Assembly (NCBI GenBank): GCA_963699325.1
Contig: CAVOTN010000003.1
Coordinates: 154,600-218,599 of the forward strand
Direction: 5' to 3'
DNA: 64,000 nucleotides
From: an uncultured Solirubrobacterales bacterium
GTDB taxonomy: Bacteria; Actinomycetota; Thermoleophilia; Solirubrobacterales; Solirubrobacteraceae
Made by a program: the position numbers and the translations under genes. Under the pieces are notes generated by a model. The model worked only from the letters and a program-made list of their open reading frames with translations. It searched no databases and had not been told where the DNA came from. Of the stretch, positions 30,477 through 38,490 are shown in pieces (the first letter of the stretch is position 1; every line of letters begins with the position of its first letter).

Positions 30477-31606
30477 CCCGGTGTGACGGACCCATACTGC
30501 TCACCGGCGCGACCGGGTTCGTCGGGATGGAGTTGCTCGCCCGGTACCTCGAGCGGACCGAGCGGCCGGTGCTCACGATCGTCCGCGCCGGCAGCGACGA
30601 GGACGCGCGCGGCCGGATCGATGCCGTGCTCACGAACCTGTTCGGGTATCGCGCGAGCCACTACGCCGATCGCGTGACCGCGGTCGCCGGTGACATGACG
30701 GCGCCTCGCCTCGGCCTGGATCCGGGGCGCTGGGATTTGCTCGCGGCGGAGTCGACGACGATCCTCCACTGCGCCGCCTCGGTGTCGTTCGGCCTCTCGC
30801 TCGAGGAAGCGAGGGCGATCAACGTCGAGGGAACCCGCCGGATGCTTCAGCTCGCCGGCCGGGCGCAGGAGTTCGGCGTGCTCGAGCGCTACGCCCAGGT
30901 CTCGACCGCATACGTCGCCGGCACCCACGCAGGCCCGTTCTGTGAACGCGACCTCGACGTCGGGCAGAGCTTCAACAACTCCTACGAGCAGTCGAAGTTC
31001 GAGTCCGAGCATCTCGTGCGCTCACATCCCGACCTGCCGTTCACGATCCTGCGCCCGAGCATCGTCGTCGGCGACCGCAACAGCGGCTGGACCTCCGCGT
31101 TCAACGTTCTCTACTGGCCGCTGCGGGCGCTCGCCCGCGGACTCTTCCCGGCGGTGCCGGCGACCGGCTCGTCGCCCGTCGACGTGGTCTCGATCGACTA
31201 CGTCGCCGACGGGATCCACGAGTTGTGCGAGTCGGCGGGCGGGATCCGGAAGACCTACCACCTCACCGCCGGCGCGGATGCGAGCACGATCGCCGAGATC
31301 GCCGAGCTCGCGAGCGGCTATTTCCAGCAGCCTCCGCCGCGGCTGCTCCCGCCGGCCGAGTTCATGTCGGCCGATCACGGAGTCGCTCGGTCGATGCTCG
31401 AGGAAGGGGCCATGTACTTCCCGTATTTCTCGGTCGCGACGACATTCGACGACGCGTTCACGCGCGCGCAACTCCAGCCGGCGGGGATCAGCGTCGCGCC
31501 GCTGCGCGAGTACATGAGCCGCCTGCTCGACTACGCGACGTGGAGCCGCTGGGGCAAGCACCCGATCGCGCGGGTCGACGCGGTGGCGGAGTTCGCCGGC
31601 GTCTGA
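30473..31606 (+). CDS. Fatty acyl/thioester reductase (NAD_binding_4, male-sterility type extended SDR)
   Basis: TGATGFVG, HCAASV, STAYVAG, YEQSKFESE, LRPSIV; ATGA overlap. Confidence 0.9.
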   Translation: MTRCDGPILLTGATGFVGMELLARYLERTERPVLTIVRAGSDEDARGRIDAVLTNLFGYRASHYADRVTAVAGDMTAPRLGLDPGRWDLLAAESTTILHCAASVSFGLSLEEARAINVEGTRRMLQLAGRAQEFGVLERYAQVSTAYVAGTHAGPFCERDLDVGQSFNNSYEQSKFESEHLVRSHPDLPFTILRPSIVVGDRNSGWTSAFNVLYWPLRALARGLFPAVPATGSSPVDVVSIDYVADGIHELCESAGGIRKTYHLTAGADASTIAEIAELASGYFQQPPPRLLPPAEFMSADHGVARSMLEEGAMYFPYFSVATTFDDAFTRAQLQPAGISVAPLREYMSRLLDYATWSRWGKHPIARVDAVAEFAGV

Positions 31607-31705
31607 GGCGGCCGTAGCCTCGAGCCGGATTTCCCGCCCCCCAGCCGGGGGGTTGACCCCCTGCGTCCGGTTGCGTGGTGCTGCCGGCGCGAGGATCCTC
31701 GAATC

Positions 31706-31936
31706 ATGGTCATGCTTGCCGACACGGCCAGGTTTCGCAGCGATGATCCGGATCCGCTCGTGATCGCGTCGCTCGCCTGCCCGATCTGCCTGCGCAGTGA
31801 CGAGATCGAGTGGCACGCGGCGCTCGACGGCTACGATCCGTCGGTCGAATGCCGATGCCCACGCTGCGAGGAGAGCTGGCGGGTGTACCTGGAGCCGCAG
31901 CAGGCGCTGCGGTTCGCGTTGATGGACCCGTTCTGA
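31706..31936 (+). CDS. Small Cys4 (zinc-ribbon-like) protein
   Basis: 76 aa; CPIC ... CRCPRC. Confidence 0.72.
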   Translation: MVMLADTARFRSDDPDPLVIASLACPICLRSDEIEWHAALDGYDPSVECRCPRCEESWRVYLEPQQALRFALMDPF

Positions 31937-33054
31937 GCCCAGGCTCAGAAGTCGGAATCGACGCGCTCGAGCTGTTCGTCGAGGTGCTGTCGCAGTCCGA
32001 CGGGGGCGAGCCGCTTGGCGCCGCGACCGGCGACGGGTTCTACGACCGGCTGTGCGACGCCGTCTGCCGGCTCGCGCGGATGCGAAGGGCGCTGATCTTC
32101 CGCTACGACAGCGCGGTCCGGCGCGTGCGCGCGGCGGGCGCGCACGGCCTGAACCTCGAGCATTTCGCCAACGCCTACGTGACCGTCGAGTCGGCGCCGA
32201 TCGCGGCCCAGTCGTTGCGCGAGGATCGCGTGATCGAGATCGAAGGGGACATGGCCGGCCAGTTCCCCGAGGAGTACGCGAGCATCTTCCCCGAGCCCGT
32301 CCGGCTGGTGTGCGCGCCGATGGCGGCGGCGGGCCGCGCGATGGGCGTGATCTTCGCCGACCGGCTGCTGACCGAACCGCCACTCGATGCCTCCGAGCGG
32401 CATCTGCTGTGGACGCTTGGCAAGGCCGCGGCGCTCGCCTCGGTCGCCCGGATCGTGGCCAAGCAGGCCGAGGAGGCGCAGCAGCTCGAGCAGCGGATCG
32501 ATCTTGCGCGCGACATCCACGAGGTCGTCATCCAGCGCCTGTTCGGAGTCTCGATGGCGCTCGACGGGGACGGCGATCTGCCGGCGGAGGCCCGCCAGCG
32601 CTGCGCGAGCGAGACCCAGGTGGCGCTCTCGGATCTGCGCACCGCGCTCCAGCGCCCGCTCGGCCGGGCTCCGCGGGCGACGCAGACGACGTTCGTGGCC
32701 GAGATCGAGCGGCTTGCGCGAGTGCACCCGGACCTCGGGGTGACGCTCGAAGCCGGTGGCGAGGGCGATGTGCCGCCCGCGCTCGAGCCGCTGGCGCAGT
32801 CGGTGCTCGCCGAGGCTGTGCGCAACGCCCACAAGCACGCCAACCCGAGCCGGGTGACCGTGCGGATCGCGCGAGACGACGGCGCGTTCGTGCTCGAGGT
32901 CGCCAACGACGGGCTCAGCGGCGGCCGGCACCGCGCCGGCATGGGGCTGCGGCTGGCCGCGCTGGAGGCGCTGCAGAGCGGCGGCGTGGTCGAGTTCGGC
33001 GAGCGCGAGCCCGGCACCTGGCAGGTTCGGCTGGTGGTGCCCGATGCGCTCTGA
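31933..33054 (+). CDS. Soluble GAF-domain histidine kinase (HisKA_3 type); start uncertain, CTG 31933 proposed
   Basis: GAF region; ARDIHEVVIQRLFG H-box; EAVRNAHKHA N-box; GMGL G2 box; no TM segment. Confidence 0.88.
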   Translation: MSPGSEVGIDALELFVEVLSQSDGGEPLGAATGDGFYDRLCDAVCRLARMRRALIFRYDSAVRRVRAAGAHGLNLEHFANAYVTVESAPIAAQSLREDRVIEIEGDMAGQFPEEYASIFPEPVRLVCAPMAAAGRAMGVIFADRLLTEPPLDASERHLLWTLGKAAALASVARIVAKQAEEAQQLEQRIDLARDIHEVVIQRLFGVSMALDGDGDLPAEARQRCASETQVALSDLRTALQRPLGRAPRATQTTFVAEIERLARVHPDLGVTLEAGGEGDVPPALEPLAQSVLAEAVRNAHKHANPSRVTVRIARDDGAFVLEVANDGLSGGRHRAGMGLRLAALEALQSGGVVEFGEREPGTWQVRLVVPDAL

Positions 33055-33058
33055 GCCG

Positions 33059-33139
33059 GCGCTCCGGAGTGGTCCCAGATGACCTCCGACTCTGCGCTCC
33101 GGAGTGGTCCCAGATGACCTCCGACTCCGCGCTCCGGAG
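33059..33139 (+). repeat. 35-bp tandem duplication (2.3 copies) covering RBS and start of the response regulator
   Basis: gcgctccggagtggtcccagatgacctccgactc(t/c) at 33059 and 33094, partial third copy at 33129. Confidence 0.92.
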
Positions 33140-33737
33140 CCCTGAGAAGCTGAGCGTGCTCGTGGTCGACGATCACGACGTCGTGCACTGGGGGATCCGG
33201 CTGATGCTGACCCAGCAGCCGTGGGTCGATCGCTGCCTGAGCGCCCACTCGGGCGAGGAGGCGCTCGCGCTGGTCGCACGCTATCGACCGCACGTGGCGC
33301 TGGTCGACCTGTTCATCGGCGAGGAATCGGGTGCGGAGATCTGCGAGCAGCTGCGCGCGGCCGAGCCGATGACTCGGGTGCTGCTGTTCTCGGGCGCCGG
33401 CGAGATCTCGCCCCACGCCGCCCGCGCCGCGGGCGCGTCGGGCTTCGCCTACAAGGACTGGCCGGCGCGGAAGATCGCGAGCGCGGTGCGCCTGGTCGGC
33501 CTCGGCAAGACCGTGTTCGACCATCAGGACCGGCCGGTCGCCATGGGCCTGTCCGACCGCGAGCGCGACGTGCTCAACCTGATGGCCTCGGGCGCCACCA
33601 ACCCCGAGATCGCCGAGCAGCTCCACCTGTCCAAGCACACGGTCAAGGAGCACACGAGCGCGGTGTATCGCAAGCTCGGCGTTCGCAACCGGACCGAGGC
33701 GGTCCAGCGCGGCCAGCGGCTCGGGTTGCTGTCGTAG
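33114..33737 (+). CDS. NarL/LuxR family response regulator
   Basis: VVDDH, VALVDL, YK; LSDRERDVL..MASGATNPEIAEQLHLSKHTVKEH HTH. Confidence 0.95.
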   Translation: MTSDSALRSPEKLSVLVVDDHDVVHWGIRLMLTQQPWVDRCLSAHSGEEALALVARYRPHVALVDLFIGEESGAEICEQLRAAEPMTRVLLFSGAGEISPHAARAAGASGFAYKDWPARKIASAVRLVGLGKTVFDHQDRPVAMGLSDRERDVLNLMASGATNPEIAEQLHLSKHTVKEHTSAVYRKLGVRNRTEAVQRGQRLGLLS

Positions 33738-33780
33738 TCTCAGGTAGGCAGATGTCGACCGCGAGGTTGAGGAGCTCCCG

Positions 33781-35472
33781 CTGGACGCGGCGCTGAGCGA
33801 GATCGCACGTTTTCTCGCGGGCCGCGCGCCGTTCGACGCGCTCTCGCCCGAGGAGCTCGGGGAGGTCGCGTCGCAGACCGAGATCGAGTTCTACGTGACG
33901 GGCGCCGCGATCCTGACCGAGGACGGTGGACCGGTCACGTTCCTGCGCGTGATCCACTCGGGGGCGGTCGACATCATCCACGACGGGCGGCTACTCGACA
34001 TGCTCGGCGTGGGCGACACGTTCGGTCACGCCGCGATGCTGTCGGGGCTTCCCCCGGGGTTCGAGGCGCGGGCCGCCGAGGACACGCTGTGCTACCGGAT
34101 CCCGGTGAGCGTCGCGCGGCCGTTGTTAGACCGCGTCAGGGAGCGCTCGGTTGAGGTCGTCGGCGGGGCTCCGGAGCACCGGCCGGTCACGCGGTTGCTC
34201 CGTTCCCCGACCGTGCGCTGCGAGCCGATGGAGAGCATCCGCGAGGTCGCGCGGCGGATGACCGATACCGGCGCGAGCTCCGCGATCGTCGACCTGCGCA
34301 GCGGCGGGTTCGGGATCGTGACCGATCGAGACATCCGGACGAAGATCGTCGCAGCGGGCCTGCCGCTGAGCGCGCCGGTGGCGACCGTCATGACCACACC
34401 GGTGTTCACGGTCGGGCCCGACCGGCTCGGCGGCGACGTGCTGTTCGAGCTGCTCGAGCGCGGCATCCGCCACGCGCCGGTCGTCACCGAAACCGGGCAG
34501 CTGGTCGGCGTGATCGAGGACGCCGACCTGTTCCCGGCGCAGTCCCGTTCGTGGTTTGGGGCCCGGCGGTCGATCTCGCGCGCCGGTTCGACCGAGGATT
34601 TGGCCGCGGTGGCGCGGCGTCTGCCCGAGGTGGTCGCGGACCTGCACGCCGCGCGCCTGCGCGCGCCCGAGGTGGTCCGGGTGCTCTCAGCGCTCGTCGA
34701 CGCGCTGACCACGCGGGCGCTCGAGTTGGTCGCGCCGGCGCCGGCGTCGGATGGGCTCGTATGGGTGGCGCTCGGCAGCCAGGCGCGGCGGGAGCTCACG
34801 CCGGCATCGATCGCGCGCGGCGCGGTGGTGTGTCATGAGCCGCCGGCCGAGGAGTGGACGCGCTCGGTGGGGTCGGTGTTGCGCGCGTGTGGGTTCCCGG
34901 GCGAGGTGGTCGCGAGGAGCACCGACGAGTGGAGCCACAGCGACGGCGAGGACGAGCTGTCGCTGTCCGTACTGATCGAACGGAGGGCTCTGTGGGGGAC
35001 ACCGGTCGATCCACTGCCGGCCGCCGACGGGGCTGTCCGCGAGCGGATCATCGCGGCACTGGCGCGGCGAGCGTTGGCTACCGTTCCGCCGACAGGTTTC
35101 GACGCCGACTCCGTGCTCGAGGCGGGCGGCGGGCGCAGCGCTCGGCTGGACATCCGCCGGGACGCGGTGGCGCCGATCGTCGAGCTCGCGCGCTGGGGCT
35201 CGGCGGCCGCCGGCGTGGTCGAGGGTTCGACGCCGGAGCGGCTGCTGGCGGCGGCTTCGAGCGGTGTCCTGAGCGAGGCGGACGGGCGGACGCTCGCCGA
35301 CGCGTTCGAGCTCGCGCTCGAGTTGCGGATCGGCCATCACATGGGGCGGATCGCCGCCGGCCAGCCGCCGGACGACGAGATCGATCCCGCCGAGATCAGC
35401 CCGCTGATGCGCGACCACCTGCGGGATGTGTTCCGGGCGGTGACGACGGTGCAGCGGCGGTTGCGCTCGTGA
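33781..35472 (+). CDS. cNMP-binding/CBS/DUF294 nucleotidyltransferase-like protein, catalytic residues degenerate; CTG start proposed
   Basis: RAPFDAL, GDTFGHAAML (cNMP); GIVTDRDIR, GIRHAPV (CBS); LGSQARRELT; C-terminal DUF294_C-like. Confidence 0.88.
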   Translation: MDAALSEIARFLAGRAPFDALSPEELGEVASQTEIEFYVTGAAILTEDGGPVTFLRVIHSGAVDIIHDGRLLDMLGVGDTFGHAAMLSGLPPGFEARAAEDTLCYRIPVSVARPLLDRVRERSVEVVGGAPEHRPVTRLLRSPTVRCEPMESIREVARRMTDTGASSAIVDLRSGGFGIVTDRDIRTKIVAAGLPLSAPVATVMTTPVFTVGPDRLGGDVLFELLERGIRHAPVVTETGQLVGVIEDADLFPAQSRSWFGARRSISRAGSTEDLAAVARRLPEVVADLHAARLRAPEVVRVLSALVDALTTRALELVAPAPASDGLVWVALGSQARRELTPASIARGAVVCHEPPAEEWTRSVGSVLRACGFPGEVVARSTDEWSHSDGEDELSLSVLIERRALWGTPVDPLPAADGAVRERIIAALARRALATVPPTGFDADSVLEAGGGRSARLDIRRDAVAPIVELARWGSAAAGVVEGSTPERLLAAASSGVLSEADGRTLADAFELALELRIGHHMGRIAAGQPPDDEIDPAEISPLMRDHLRDVFRAVTTVQRRLRS

Positions 35473-36149
35473 GGCTCAGGAGGGCGCCCGAGGGGGTCGC
35501 GGCGGAGTTCGCAGATGCTGCCCCGCCCTCCGATCAGACGCCCTGGCGCGAGGCGCGCTGGTGCGCGCTCGACCTCGAGATGACCGGGCTCGATCCGCGA
35601 CGCGAGGAGATCATCGCGGTCGGGGCGGTCCCGATCGACGATGGTCGGGTCGTGCTCGGCGGCGGGATGTACACGTTGGTGCGCACGACCCGGCGATCGC
35701 AGCACGGAGCGGTGCTCGTCCACAAGCTGCGGGTGCCGGACCTTGCTGACGCGCCGCCTCTGGAGGAGGCGATCGATCGGGTCCTCGAGGCGCTCACCGG
35801 GCGGGTGCCCGTGTTCCACACCGCGGCGATCGAGCGCAGCTTCCTCGAGCGGCAGTTCGGGCGCCGGCGGGTGCAGCTGCCGGCGGTCGCCGACACCGAG
35901 GCGCTCGGGCGGGCGTGGCTGCGCCACCGCGACGGCTCCGCGCCCGAGGGCATCTCGCTCGGGCGGCTCGCCGGCGTGCTCGGGCAGCCGGCGGAGACGC
36001 CGCATCACGCGCTCGGCGACGCGCTCACGACCGCGAAGACGTTCATCGCGCTGGCGAGCTTGCTCGACACGGTGGCGCCGCAGACGGTCGGGTCGCTCGT
36101 GGCCGCGAGCCGGGCGCCGGTGGCGGCAAGGCGCTTTGGGGCGGGATGA
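35469..36149 (+). CDS. DEDD 3'-5' exonuclease (DnaQ-like)
   Basis: ALDLEMTGLD ExoI, FHTAAIERSFL, HHALGDA ExoIII; GTGA overlap. Confidence 0.92.
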   Translation: MRLRRAPEGVAAEFADAAPPSDQTPWREARWCALDLEMTGLDPRREEIIAVGAVPIDDGRVVLGGGMYTLVRTTRRSQHGAVLVHKLRVPDLADAPPLEEAIDRVLEALTGRVPVFHTAAIERSFLERQFGRRRVQLPAVADTEALGRAWLRHRDGSAPEGISLGRLAGVLGQPAETPHHALGDALTTAKTFIALASLLDTVAPQTVGSLVAASRAPVAARRFGAG

Positions 36150-36156
36150 TCCCGCG

Positions 36157-36768
36157 ATGATCTTCTACGAACCCTCGCGGCGGGACCGGGAGCTACTGCC
36201 GCACGATCCGTTCAAGTCGCTGGTCGCCCCCCGCCCGATCGGCTGGATCTCGACGATGAACTCCGACGGGCGGGTCAACCTCGCGCCGTACAGCTTCTTC
36301 AACGCGGTCGCCGAGGGGCCGCACATGCTGGCGTTCTCGAGCCGGGGCGCGAAGGACTCCTCGACGTTCGCCGGCGAGCTCAGCGAGTTCGTCTGGAACC
36401 TGGCGACGTTCGAGCTGCGCGAGCAGATGAACGAGACCTCGGCCCCGCTGCCGCGCGGCGCCAGCGAGTTCTCGCGGGCCGGGCTGGAGATGGCGCCGTC
36501 GCGGCTGGTGGCGCCGCCGCGGGTCGCGGCCAGTCCGTGCGCGATGGAGTGCAAGGTCGTCCACCACCTCGAGCTGCGGGATTTGAGCGGTAATACGTTC
36601 GACCAGCACCTTGTGATCGGTCAGGTCGTCGGCGTGCACCTGGACGAGACCGCGATCGCCGGCGACGCGATCGACACCGCCGCGCTGCGGCCGATCGCGA
36701 GGTGTGGGGGGCCGGCGGACTACACGGTGGTCGAGCGGATCTTCCGGATGACGCGGCCGACGTCGTAG
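36157..36768 (+). CDS. Flavin reductase family protein
   Basis: PRPIGWIST, NLAPYSFFNAV, KDS, EFVWNL, ESP-like ASPCAMEC. Confidence 0.93.
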   Translation: MIFYEPSRRDRELLPHDPFKSLVAPRPIGWISTMNSDGRVNLAPYSFFNAVAEGPHMLAFSSRGAKDSSTFAGELSEFVWNLATFELREQMNETSAPLPRGASEFSRAGLEMAPSRLVAPPRVAASPCAMECKVVHHLELRDLSGNTFDQHLVIGQVVGVHLDETAIAGDAIDTAALRPIARCGGPADYTVVERIFRMTRPTS

Positions 36769-36790
36769 GTGGTCGCCGGCGGGGGTCGGT

Positions 36791-37067
36791 GGCGGGTGTG
36801 GTCGCGGGCGAGGCGCCGCGCGGGGGTCGCCGGCGCAGCCGGGATGGTGCCGCGTCGAGCGGACGGGGTGCATTTCTCGCCAGATCCCACCCACCCGCAG
36901 CGTCCCGGCTACATAAGCGCCTGAGGGACGCTTATATCGCCACGGTCCCGGGGAGGCGCGGGGTTTGGCGACTTTTGCACCCGCGCAGTCGCGGCCCGAG
37001 CATGAACAAGGTCCGCCCGCGCCCCACACCCGCCCGCGACCACACCCGCCGGCGCTACACCCGCCAC
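36791..37067. repeat. Nested palindromic intergenic element (MITE/REPIN-like)
   Basis: Perfect 20-bp IR 36791-36810 / 37031-37050; inner IRs centred on ~36924. Confidence 0.75.
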
Positions 37068-37106
37068 CGGTGGACTTCGCGCCCCCGCCGGCCGTAGGCT
37101 TCCGTC

Positions 37107-37457
37107 GTGATCGTCAGCGAGTCGTTCGTGGTCGCGGACTGGAGCGATCCGGGCACGCATCCGGGCCGGCCGATCGCCGGCCTGCATGTTCACCGCTCCG
37201 ACGACGAGGCGTGGATCGTGCTCAGTGGCACGCTCGGGTTCCAGGTGGATGATGAGCAGCGCGAGGTGCCCGCCGGCGAGTCGATCCTCGTCACCCGGGG
37301 CACGCGCCACTCGTTCTGGAACGCGACGTCGGAGCCGGCGCGCTACCTGCTCGTGATGACCCCGCGGATCTATCGCCTGGTGCAGGAGCTCCACTCGGGC
37401 GAGCGCTCGGACTACGCCCAGATCTTCGAAGAGCACGACTCCGAACTGCTCGAGTGA
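37107..37457 (+). CDS. Cupin domain protein
   Basis: LHVHRSDDEAWIVLSG, GTRHSFWN. Confidence 0.9.
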   Translation: MIVSESFVVADWSDPGTHPGRPIAGLHVHRSDDEAWIVLSGTLGFQVDDEQREVPAGESILVTRGTRHSFWNATSEPARYLLVMTPRIYRLVQELHSGERSDYAQIFEEHDSELLE

Positions 37458-37458
37458 C

Positions 37459-38421
37459 GTGACTCATTTCGGCCCCCCGGATGCGACGGTCGCTCCGCGT
37501 TACACCGGCGTGCGCACGTTCGCCCGTCTGCCGAACGTCGAGCTGCCGCGTGACGACGTCGACGCCGCGGTGATCGGCGTGCCATTCGACACCGCGACCA
37601 GCTTCCGGAGCGGGGCGCGGTTCGGGCCCGAGGCGATCCGCGCCGCTTCGATGCTGCTCCGCCCGTATCACCCGGTGCTCGACGTCGACGTGTTCGACAC
37701 GCTGTCGCTGGTCGACGGCGGCGACCTGCAAATCACACCGGGGAACGCGCTCCACACGACCGAGCAGATCGACGAGCAGCTCCGGCCGCTGCTCGCGGCG
37801 GGGATCGTGCCGCTCGTACTCGGCGGCGATCACTCGATCGTCCTCGGCGAGCTCCGCGCCCAGCACGCCGCGCACGGCCCGGTGGCGCTCGTGCTGCTCG
37901 ACGCCCACGCCGACACCTGGGATCAGTACTACGGCGAGCGCTACTTCCACGGGACCCCGTTCCGCCGCGCGGTCGAGGAGGGGCTCATCGACCCGGCGCG
38001 CTCGCTGCTCGCGGGCATGCGCGGCCCGCTGTACGGGCCCGAGGACCTCGACGTCCCGCGCGAGCTCGGGTTCGAGGTCATCCCCGGACCGGACCTGGTG
38101 GCGATGACGCCCGACCAGTACGGCGACCGCGTCCGCGCCCGGATCGGCGACGGGCCGGCGTACCTGTCGTTCGACATCGACGTGCTCGATCCGGCCTCTG
38201 CGCCCGGAACCGGGACGCCCGAGGTCGCGGGCCTCCAACCGCGCGAGGCGCTCGCGCTCCTGCGCGCGCTCGCTGGGATCGCCTTCTCCGGGTTCGACGT
38301 GGTCGAGGTCGCGCCGGCGTACGACTCGCCGGGTCAGATCACCGCGCTCAACGCCGCCGCGGTCGCGTTCGACCTGCTGGCGCTGCTGGCGGTGGCGCGC
38401 AGCCGCGACCGCCGTGCCTAG
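37459..38421 (+). CDS. speB: Agmatinase-like ureohydrolase
   Basis: GARFGPEAIR, GGDHS, DAHADT, HGTPF, SFDIDVLDP, APGTGTPE; exact substrate uncertain. Confidence 0.85.
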   Translation: MTHFGPPDATVAPRYTGVRTFARLPNVELPRDDVDAAVIGVPFDTATSFRSGARFGPEAIRAASMLLRPYHPVLDVDVFDTLSLVDGGDLQITPGNALHTTEQIDEQLRPLLAAGIVPLVLGGDHSIVLGELRAQHAAHGPVALVLLDAHADTWDQYYGERYFHGTPFRRAVEEGLIDPARSLLAGMRGPLYGPEDLDVPRELGFEVIPGPDLVAMTPDQYGDRVRARIGDGPAYLSFDIDVLDPASAPGTGTPEVAGLQPREALALLRALAGIAFSGFDVVEVAPAYDSPGQITALNAAAVAFDLLALLAVARSRDRRA

Positions 38422-38490
38422 GCGTTAGAGACTCGTCGAACCTCAGCCCCAGGGGCTCATGGCAGAGCCGGGTTCGGCCGACGCAACCAT

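Noticed and set aside
33895-36149. Antiphage nucleotidyltransferase-nuclease system (CBASS- or MNT-HEPN-like)
   Set aside because: Domain order is cNMP-CBS-DUF294, the NTase aspartates are absent, and there are no defence-island or mobile genes nearby
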